64,000 nucleotides of DNA from Chrysomallon squamiferum. Its lineage: Eukaryota; Animalia; Mollusca. The position numbers and the translations under genes were made by a program. The notes beneath the pieces were generated by a model, which ran no database searches, was not told where the DNA came from, and saw only the letters and a list, made by a program, of their open reading frames with translations. Below are positions 53,114-64,000 of the stretch, one piece after another; position 1 is the stretch's first letter; each line of letters starts with the position of its first letter. Location of the stretch: positions 1,922,001 through 1,986,000 of the forward strand of contig CM022674.1 of NCBI GenBank assembly GCA_012295275.1, read 5' to 3'.

Positions 53114-53621
53114 TTAATTATAAATATTTAGTTATACATGAGAATCCTGTCGCTTAATTCATAAATGGTCTTGAATAAAATGCAATGTGTGTCTGCCGCA
53201 TTAGATTCCTAATTCTTAATCTTTGCTAATAATAAAGTGTGCCCGTCTTCACTATTTATAAATACAACTGTTATTACTACCGTTACTACAACAACCGTCA
53301 TCACTACCACCACTACTACTACTACTACTACTACCACTACTAAATGAACATCAAGCACACCAGCTACACCACCGCAACCACCATTACTACTACTACTACT
53401 ACTACCTCCCCTAGCATAACTTTTACTAAATAAATAAATAAATAAAATGAAATAAAATGAAATAAATTAAAATAAAAATCACGAGAAAAGAAAATACTTT
53501 GATGCAAAGGATATTTAAAATAAAAGATATTCACTCAGAAGTAAACTAATAATTAGGTTCACTTGTATCGATTCACTGATTTATGGCCTAATAAAAAAAT
53601 ATGTAAAAGAATCACAAACAC

Positions 53622-53659
<38 letters not shown>

Positions 53660-53764
53660 TGTATCTTTATTGAAGGCCGTTGTTTTAATTTGAAGCAACT
53701 GAGTTTCTTAACAACAATTAAGTGTAGAAATAAAAAGAAAACGTACACTTTGATATGTTGATGT

Positions 53765-54174
53765 TCAAATATGTCGCCTTCTCTGACGGTCCTGCTTCTG
53801 AAAATGATGGTACTGCAGCATGTACAGATGTTTGCCCAAACACTCGGATACCGCCATTGCGTCTGTGTACTGTTGCGAAATCCTCACTCGATTCGTGAGC
53901 ACCACTCCAACGTGCTGGCGTATCTGCTTTAGAATGTCGTCCTAAACAAATAAATAAATAAATGAATAAGTAAATAAATGAAGAAACAAGCAAATGAATG
54001 AATGAATGATAAATAAATAAATAATAAATGAATGAATGAATGAATGAATAAAAATGTAAATTAATTTTTTTTTCCTGACGTTTTTTTTTTCCGTGTTGTT
54101 TATCACTAAACATATTTCTATCATTGGTTATCTCCCTTATGTCGGCAGAATGCCAAGATCTGAGATATATAAGA

Positions 54175-54220
<46 letters not shown>

Positions 54221-54344
54221 TTAAGAAGAAGAAGAAGAAGAAGAAGAAGAATTTTAGAAGATTTAATTATTACATACTGAATACGTTATAGCTGATCACT
54301 GAACAAGCTCGTTACTGCTATTTTAATTCAGTGCCTGTTTGTAT

Positions 54345-54387
<43 letters not shown>

Positions 54388-54647
54388 CGAACCCCTACTG
54401 GGCCCCCGAACGTACGGGAACGTACGAATATGTGAGGGATACAGTAATTAATGACGTCATACCATTGTATTAACGACTGCATTGTAACAAGATTCTTCAA
54501 TGAAGTGGGATAAAGTACAGATTACCAGTTACTGTAAAACATACACACACAGACGCACGCACGCACGCACATACAAGAATTGATCTTGATAGCCACCTCT
54601 TCCAAAGTAAAATATCGCTCCATTTCAGACATATTTGGAGCTATGGC

Positions 54648-54732
<85 letters not shown>

Positions 54733-54867
54733 TAACAATAATAACAATAACAATAACATATAAAGAAGAAGAAGAAGAAGAAGATACAAATTAATAGATG
54801 AATATCTACTTTCAAACCAAATTTAAGCTTTTGTGAATTTCGGTGAAACAAATTATAATAACAAAAA

Positions 54868-54906
<39 letters not shown>

Positions 54907-55063
54907 ATAATAATAATAATAAAAGACATAAGTCACGTGACATACTACCGTTATTTGAACAATTTGACCGTGATCTGTCAAACGTGACGAAAGCGATTTA
55001 GTGATTTGCATGAAATAACAGTCGTATGTGCCTCTCACTAGCAACAGATTCTGAAACAACAAC

Positions 55064-55100
<37 letters not shown>

Positions 55101-55680
55101 GTAATAATAATAGTAATAATAACAATAATAGTAATAATAATAGTAATAACAATAACAGTAATAATAACAATAGTAATAATAAGAATAGTAATAACAACAA
55201 TAACAATAATAACAATAATAATAATAATAGTAATAATAATAGTAATAACAATAACAGTAATAATAACAGTAATAATAATAATAGTAATAATAAGAATAGT
55301 AATAACAACAATAACAATAATAATAGTAATAATAATAATAATAGTAGTAATAATAATAATAATAACAATAACAATAATAATAACAGTAATAATAATAATG
55401 ATGATGATGATGATGATGATGATGATAATAATAATAATAATAAGAAGAAGAAGAAGAAGAAGAATTTTATTATTACAGTTTTGAAAATGATGATGTTATT
55501 GATGATATTAGTAGTAGTAATATTAGCATTAGTAATAGTATTATTGTTGTTGTCGTTGATATTGTTGCTGCTGTTGCTGTCGCTGGTGGTGATGGTGTAG
55601 TATTATTATCATTATCAATGTTGATTTTGTTACTATATAATATATATTATTATTATTATTATTGTTATTATTATTATTAT

Positions 55681-55711
<31 letters not shown>

Positions 55712-56016
55712 GTTGTTGTTATGTTATGAGGATGATATTTGTAATGCTAGTTTAGGTGGCGATGTGTTCATATTAATAATGATGATGATGATGATGGTGG
55801 TGATGGTGGTGATGGTGATGATTATGGTGGTGATGGTGATGATGATGATGATGGTGGTGATGATGATGATGGTGATGATGATGATGGTGATGATGGCACT
55901 CACGTAACGCTCGTGTAGTTCAAACGTGTATTCACCTCGTTGGCTAATAACCCCCAAAGGGACCCAAGGAAAAGATGATGTCACCTAAAAATAAAAATAA
56001 TAATAATTATAATAAA

Positions 56017-56059
<43 letters not shown>

Positions 56060-56324
56060 TAATAATAATAATAATAATATAAAAATAATAATAATAATAA
56101 TAAAAAGTAATAATAATAATAATAATATTAATAATAGTAGTAATAATAATAAGAAGAAGAAGAAGAAGAAGAAGAATGATGATAATATTAACAATGATTA
56201 CAGTAATGAAACTAATAATAATGATGATGCTGATGCTGATGCTGCTGCTGCTGAAGATGATAATAGTAGTCGTAGTCGTAGTAGTAGTAGTCGTAATAAT
56301 AATAAAATAATAATAATAATAATG

Positions 56325-56359
<35 letters not shown>

Positions 56360-56808
56360 TATATAATACTTATACAACTACAAATACAAGTACTACCATT
56401 GTTAATACTACTTCACCTTCAGCTACTATCACTGCTACTACTACTACTACATCTACTACTGCTGCTCTGCTGCTGCTACTGCAACTGTTAATACCACTAC
56501 TATCATTACTATTCTTACAAAACTAAATGTACCTCTAATAGCTGTGTGTTATCTTTCAGCATCATTCATGTTACCATAGCAACAGTTTTCTCTGTCTTCT
56601 TCTTCTTCTTCTTCTTCTTCTTATATTTATTTTGTATTATTATTAATAGTAGTAGTAGTAATTGTAGTAGTAGTCGTAATAGTAGTAGTAGTAGTATAAA
56701 TAGTTGCAGTAATAGTAATAGTAGAAGCAGTACTAACTGTAGCAGAAGTAATATTAGTACTAGTATTTGTGGAAGTAGTAACTGTAATAGTAGTTAGTAG
56801 CAGCAATG

Positions 56809-56851
<43 letters not shown>

Positions 56852-57777
56852 CAGTATTCTAACGATTGGAACTCACGTCTGTAAGATAAATATTTAAAAA
56901 AAAAATAAAGATACAAAAATTATATAATCAACAGTCAATATTTTATTACTTCACTGCATTTAAAAAAAAATTCATTTCCTCCTAAAATTGCAGATCAATT
57001 AATAAAGTGATAAAGAAAGGAGAAAAAACAAAAAAAAAATTAAATCAGAAAATCTCTGTCGATAAAACAAACCATTAGTGTATACCATTTATAAACTTAG
57101 TGCACCAAAAGCAACGCATAAGGACAAGATCGATATTCCGAAAATATTTTTAAGGAAAAAACATAATAATAAAAAAAATAAAATGTGGTTTTTATGTCAA
57201 GGCTAAGTGGATTCAGAAAGTAGACACCAGATGTATTCTCTATTTCCTGCTAAAGCATTGTTTATTTGTTTGTTTGTTTGTATCTATTTATTTATTTATT
57301 TATATTTATTTATCTGTTCGTTTGTTCATCGGCTCACTTAGTAATCTTTTATTTATTTATTTGATTTTTTTTTCTATCTATCTATCTGTCTGTCTATTTA
57401 TCTACGTGTCTATCTATTTACATATGTTTAAAAAATTTATTTATCTTTAATTAATTAATTTATTTATTATTATAATGATTAAATGAATACAATAAACAAA
57501 TAAAGAAACATACAAATAAATAAAATCGGTTGTAAGGTAAGAAAACAAATTAATACTATCTGTTAACAATTCAGTATCACGAACATTTTAAGTACGTAAC
57601 CTAGTTAGATAACATTTTCTTCAACTTATTTCTACACAAATATACTATCTAATTTCTGGAAGATAAAAAAAAAAGAAAAGAAGCATACATTTCAATTCAG
57701 ATAATTATTAGACTAGTTTGTAATATTCAACTTACCAAAGTGATGTAACAGAAGGCAAATATTACGACAATTTTCAT
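53765..57777 (-). CDS. Small secreted two-cysteine protein, BRICHOS-like, 4 exons, ~133 aa
   Basis: Minus-strand exons 57777-57736 (MKIVVIFAFCYITL|gtaagt, signal peptide), 55984-55904 (VTSSFPWVPLGVISQRGEYTFELHERY|gtgagt), 55050-54949 or 54946 (NLLLVRGTYDCYFMQITKSLSSRLTDHGQIVQIT), 53941-53765 (DDILKQIRQHVGVVLTNRVRISQQYTDAMAVSECLGKHLYMLQYHHFQKQDRQRRRHI-stop). All are phase 0 with strong splice sites. The BRICHOS resemblance is inferred from motifs only. Confidence 0.75.
55057..55462. repeat. (TAA/CAA/GAT)n trinucleotide repeat block in intron of minus-strand gene
   Basis: About 400 bp of trinucleotide repeats that generate the poly-L and poly-I ORF artefacts. Confidence 0.9.
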
Positions 57778-58545
57778 GACTTTAATTTAATTTATTTTAT
57801 TTTATTTTAATTTTAATTTTTATTCAGAAAAAAAAAAAATTACCCAAAACAGCATTAAGTGAAAAAAAAAAAAATCGAGTAGTATTAGTAATACAAATAA
57901 AGATAAGCGCAGCATTTCTGGGAACCAACATGTGACGTTGTTATAAAAACCATGGAAATAATTGTTTCAGTGACGTCACAGCCACACCCAGATGTGAAGT
58001 TCACCTAATTCTGGGATATCTGCGAAGGGCGGAACTAAATGGATGTCGTTATTTTTAGGTATATAACCGCAGGAAAAAAAAAAAAAGGGAATAATTTTAA
58101 TTAAAAGAAAGAAAAGAAGATAATAGGTTGGCGACAACGGAGACGATTTTTCCCACCTGCGTTGAACTCTGTTTACGACGGAAATGATTACATGTCTGAG
58201 AATACGTTTTTTCGGTTCATGCAAGAACACAAGAAAAACCGTTAGAATCTGATACCAAACAGACATATGTGTTTATGTGCATGTGTGTACATGTATTAGC
58301 GCGCGCATACACACACACTCACACACACATAAACACACAATGCTTTAATTCAATTAATCTAATTAAATAAATGTATATAAAATAGTTTAATAATTTAGTT
58401 AGTTTAATAGTTAATACATAGCTGTAGTAGTAGTAGTAGTAGTAGTAAATGTTGTCGTAATAGTAATGGGTGGTAGTACAGTAGTAATAATGTAATAGTA
58501 GTAGAAGTAGTAGTAGTAGTAACAATAGTATTAGTAGTAATAGAT

Positions 58546-58597
<52 letters not shown>

Positions 58598-59228
58598 GAA
58601 TAGTAATAGTTGTAGTAGTTGTAGACGTAATGGTGGTGGTTGTGGTGGTGGTAGTAGTTCTAGTAGTAGTAGTAGTAGAAGTAGTAGCAATAGTATAAGC
58701 ATCAAAAGTTACGCTGACATGAATGACAATGTAAGATTCAAGAATCACGGTTTAAGTTAAAACAACAAACAATGATGATACCCTTTGTCTAAAGAAATCG
58801 TAAGATATTGATTTCCTTTATTGTAAGTAATAAATCCCATGAGAATAAGTTTTCACTTTTAATCTACGTTTATAAGCATTATCAAAACACAGTATTCCGT
58901 GGCCTTTTGATATTACTTTGATAAATAAACCTCGTTTTATTGTTTTCTGTATGTTCATTATTATTATTGTAGTAGTAGTAGTAGTAGCAGTAATATTGTT
59001 GTTGTTGTTGTTGTAGTTGCTGTTGTTGTTGTTGATTATGTGGTTGTTGTGGTTGTTATTATTATTACTCTTCTTCTTCTTCTTCTTCTGATTATTATTA
59101 TTATGATTATTATTATTGTTGTTGTTGTTGCTGTTGTTGTTGTTGTAGTTGCTGTTGTTGTTATTGATTATGTACTTGTTGTGGTTGTTATTATTATTAC
59201 TCTTCTTCTTCTTCTGATTATTATTATT

Positions 59229-59260
<32 letters not shown>

Positions 59261-59448
59261 TATTATTAATTGACAAAATCTTTTCCTTGGGTTCCAGTAT
59301 TAACACTGCACCATAAAATATCACACAATACCACTAAAACAGCATACAGCATCATACCACATTGCTGTACCATACCATACCAATATACCATACGAATACC
59401 AATACCAATGCCGAAACAGATATTAATATTACACCGTAAAATACGATA

Positions 59449-59613
59449 GCATACCATACCAGTCAGTGCGTATGGCGTCATACCATACTGTTGTACTATA
59501 TAATACCATACCAGTCACTACACAGGGCAGCATACCATACTGTTGTACTATATAATACCATACCAGTCACTACATAGGGCAGCATACCATACTGTTGTAC
59601 TATACCATACCAG
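59449..59613. repeat. 52-bp tandem repeat built on ATACC pentamers
   Basis: CATACCATACTGTTGTACTATA starts at 59479, 59531 and 59583. Confidence 0.85.
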
Positions 59614-60883
59614 TAGTACTTCAGTACTTTAATGAATAACGTTTGTGTGTGTGGTTCGATCACTTTAAGACGTATCCAATGAAATCTATCACATGAAAGA
59701 GTCCGGTAATTTAGAATTTGTCAGGGAATGTTTGACGAACCGGTGACGTAATTTTCTGATGTTGTAATATTATAAATCAAAAACATTTTTAAAAACAAAA
59801 CAAAACAAAAAACACAGAAAAAATAAAAAACAAAACAAATATATAGATAGATAGATAGATAGATAGATAGATTAGATCTTTAGATATGCACACACACATA
59901 TATACATACATACATATATGCCTACATAGATATACATACATATATACGTACATACGTACATACATACATACATACATACGTACACACGTACGTACATACA
60001 TACATACATGAACTTAAAAATTTAAACTTCATTTCAGTCCAAAAAATAAAAAATAAAAAATAAAAAAAAAATGCAGAAGAAGAAGAAGAGGTTATGTACT
60101 GATATTTCAATTGAGTTTAAACATAGGTACGAAAATTATCTAATCTTGGAGAATAGTAATCTACGATTTACTTTCCTGGTATTTGTATTTCATTTTACTT
60201 TTTATTTCTTTATAATCTTTACAATTTATTTTCGTTTAGCTTTGTTTGTTGGTTGTTGGGGGGTTTTTTTTTTGTTTTGTTTTGTTTTTCTTTCTTTTCT
60301 TCCTTTTTTACTCATTCATCTTCTTTTTTTTTTTAACTAAGATAAACCTTGATTTATTTATCTGTACTTTGAAACCGATTAGCTGCAAAGAAAACCTTGA
60401 TTAGTATCACAATATCACAATAATGATGCACTCGGAGGAAAACGAGTCTCGCATCCCTTTAATATAAATTCATCTAAGAAGGCAATTTAATCCTAAACAA
60501 ACTATAAACGAAATCAATTTTATCTGAATGAGAAATCATGTAAGAAATAATCGTTGCCTTTAACGATTACGAATAGACCAAAAAAAAAATTAATAATAAT
60601 AATAATAAAAAACCAACAAAAAAAAAAAAAAAAAAATAAATTAAAAAGAAAGAAAAGAAAAGAAAAAAAAAAAAAAAAAAGGTTTACTATGTTTTTCATG
60701 TAAGCTATGGTATCTGATCTGTTTGATGTTTGTATGAGCCAACTGAAAAATCGTTACTTGCAGCCCAGCATAATGACATTGGCGAAGAGTTGAACGTTCG
60801 AAAGGCAGCGATGAAGACACCAACGACAACAGTGACAACGACAGTATTAATGATTATATTCATTGTGATGAGTTAAATGGTAG

Positions 60884-60929
<46 letters not shown>

Positions 60930-61194
60930 GGAATGACAGTGATCGTAATAACAATAATAGTGTCCATAAAATGATAATGGTGATTGTGGTAGTAGTAATA
61001 GTAGTTGTTGTAGTAGTGGTAGTAGTTTTAGTAACAGTAATAGTAGTGGTGGTATAAAACTGTAGTGATAGTAGTAGTAATAGTAGCATTAGTACTTGTA
61101 GTAGTACTAGAGTAGTAGAAGTTACAATAAAAATTAAAATAACAAATAAAAATAAAATAATAATAATAAATATAACAACAACAACAACAACAAC

Positions 61195-61257
<63 letters not shown>

Positions 61258-61520
61258 CATAACAATCTCTCTAGCATGTTATAGATGGGATTTTTATTTT
61301 TATTTTTATTTTTTTAAAAGAATGCACGAGGTAATTTGAAATCATCTAAGTGCTTTTATCCGGAACAAACAAAGACGATATATAAAATCGTTAAGTGTAT
61401 AAATCTGAACCATTTAGACATAGCTGGCGTTTCCATTTTTATGATAAATAAATGGATAAATCCAGGCGAGGTACGGACGGAACAACGGAAAGCATGACTA
61501 CATGTTTTAGGAGTAAACGC

Positions 61521-61568
<48 letters not shown>

Positions 61569-61834
61569 TTTTTTTAAAAATACATCTTGAAAATGTCAGA
61601 AAAATTAAAGAGATCAATAAAAAATATTCCATTTATGTTATTTTTTAGTTGCGTGTTTTGTATGTGTGTGTGTATGTGTAGTGTGTACATGTGTGTGTAT
61701 GGGTGTATGAATGTATGTATGTATGTAAGTACGTATATGTACATGCGTTTATGTATATGTCTGTGTGTAATCATAAATGTATGTATCTGCAAACCTGTGC
61801 GTATATAGAAAGAGTGAGAACGAGAACAAGAGAA

Positions 61835-61923
<89 letters not shown>

Positions 61924-62019
61924 TTCACAGCAATCATTAGTGTATAATTATTGTATAATCATTAAGCTATATTTCCAAGATACATGCTTATCTATTTGAA
62001 CTGCTTCAGAAAGTGATTG

Positions 62020-62243
62020 CATGTCAATCAGTCACGTGACACCGCTGAGATATCGCCCCTTCCTCTATGTGGAATGTGACGTCACTTGTCATTTTAATCG
62101 ATTACCGAGACGTCTGCTACCAACGCAGCTTCACCAGACGGGAGAACCACGTGACGCGGTTCGACAACGAGGCTGCGGTTTGATATACGTCTGCTAAAGC
62201 AGCATGAAATCAAAATTATTAAACTAACAGTGCGTCTGTAAGT
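62020..62243 (+). promoter_or_regulatory. Probable promoter and non-coding first exon of a gene continuing beyond the window
   Basis: CpG-rich island with GTCACGTGAC 62031-62040, TGACGTCA 62077-62084 and a second CACGTG, followed by a consensus donor GTAAGT at 62238. Confidence 0.4.
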
Positions 62244-62734
62244 ATGTTTACGGAAATTGTCGTCGGTTTTAAAGTTAACAGTTTACGTTTTCATTTGACG
62301 AAATATTGTGTTATGTGCTAGGTTAGGTTTAACGTTACGGCTTGCTTTTTCAGCTGTATGTTTCAATATGCGCGTGCATGTGAAGGTAGCTGGTTTTTTT
62401 TGTTTTTTTGTGCCTATGCGTAGTGTATATGTTTTTTGCCTACGTAAACTTGTATTCGTTTCTGTTAAGTGTTTCTGTGTGAATGTGTTGAGTGTAAACG
62501 TGATCGCGCATGGATCAACTTAACTAGTATATTGGTATAATATTTTTATTTATTTATTTATTTTTTTTTTTTTTCTCACTATTGTCATTGGCTTGGGTTG
62601 AGGTTAATGCGTATTAAAATCGTGTGAACAAAGTTTAAACTGATGAAACGAATATTAGTCATCGTGAAAGCCAAATTAATTTTATGTTATTATTATTATT
62701 GTTGTTATTGTTGATATTATAATTATTGTTATTC

Positions 62735-62792
<58 letters not shown>

Positions 62793-62915
62793 TACTATTA
62801 CTACTTATTATTGTTATTGTTGCTGTTGTTGTTATCATTATTATTATTATTTTCATTACTATTATTGTTGTTGTCGTTGTTGTTATTATTTTCATTATTA
62901 CTGTTGTTACTGTTG

Positions 62916-62961
<46 letters not shown>

Positions 62962-64000
62962 TCTTTCTCAGTTGTATGGTTTCTTTACATTGTTTTTATT
63001 CTACATGTATTTTGGGATTAAAACGTGTTATTCTGAGGATATAAGAAATTACAGTTAACTCTGTACTGATGTTGACAACGACATTACTTTGCCTACGGCA
63101 GCAACTAAAATGTTTGTTCGACTTTTGTTTTTCTGTTGTTGCTGTCGTTGTAATTACTGTTTGTTGTTCATTATTTATTTTATTTTATTTTATTTTATTT
63201 TATTTTATTTTATTTTGTTTATTTATTTGGCACTTTTTTTTGATATTCTGTTGATGCTGATGATGATTTTCATCATCTTGATGTTGATGATGATCATCAT
63301 CATCATCATCATCATCATCATCTGCGTTAGCAATAGTTTTCAGAGGAGGTGGCGATTGGAGTAGTAGTAGTAATAGTAGTAGTAGTAGTGGTAGCAGTAG
63401 TAGTAGTCGTAGTAGTAGTAGTTATAGTAGTAGTAGTAGTGGTGTTGTAGCAGCAGCAGTAGTAGTAGTATTAGTTTTAGTAGTAGTACTAATAGTAGTA
63501 ATAGTAGTGGTAGTAATAGTGGTGGTAGGAGTAGTAGTAGTAGTAGTTGTAGTAGTACTAATAGTACTAATAGTAGTAATAGTAGTTATAGTAGTGGTAG
63601 TAGTAGTGGTGGTAGCAGTAGTAGTAGTAGTAGTTGTAGTAGTACTAATAGTAATAATAGTAGTGGTAGTAGTAGTGGTGGTCGCAGTAGTAATATATTA
63701 CTGTTATTACTTAACTACACTACAACTGCTACTACTACTAGTTATGTTGTTGTTGCTGCAATTGTTATTACTATATTATTATCATCACCATCACTATATT
63801 ACTACTACTATTATTCTCGTTGTTTACATTGCTAATTATTTATAATGTTATTGTCATTTAATAAATTAATCATCTGTTTCTTATTTTAAATTTATTTTTC
63901 TGTTGTGTAAGTTGTAACGTTCACAGCTTGAGGCTACAATTAGAGTGACAGATAATTTGACTTGTTAACTTTTTTTTAACCTGTTTTTAAGTTCATTCCT

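Noticed and set aside
54463-54640. Two extra minus-strand exon-like segments (54640-54575, 54531-54463) inside the BRICHOS-like gene
   Set aside because: They are separated by only 43 nt, the second has stops in all frames, and the gene reads through in frame without them.
56870-56886. Minus-strand cttacag-AC-gtgagt, a possible 2-nt microexon
   Set aside because: Inclusion would frameshift the signal peptide exon out of the downstream ORF.
57976-58266. 96-aa minus-strand ORF upstream of the BRICHOS-like gene
   Set aside because: It runs through a poly-T tract, has no recognisable motif, and more likely represents promoter or 5' flank.

Overview
Eukaryotic, AT-rich, microsatellite-dense animal DNA, probably a protostome and plausibly a mollusc (inferred from miR-2 K-box sites, gene families and repeat style). 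Almost all ORF-track entries are microsatellite artefacts. Manual splicing gives five intron-containing genes. Two are tandem HES/hairy bHLH-Orange-WRPW genes (+, 6092-9432 and 22273-24211) sharing a Notch/Su(H) promoter architecture and 3'UTR K-boxes. The others are a homotetrameric-type cytidine deaminase (+, 35862-41709), a 12-exon bacterial-type patatin phospholipase with degenerate EF-hand-like inserts (+, 44629-52135), and a 4-exon small secreted two-Cys BRICHOS-like protein (-, 57777-53765) that the ORF track does not show intact. Also present are an orphan HES-promoter-like island at about 29.9-30.2 kb, a ~750-bp foldback inverted duplication, a MEF2-motif minisatellite with a nested hAT-type MITE, and several other tandem repeats. 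All calls come from reading the sequence by eye; no database searches were run.
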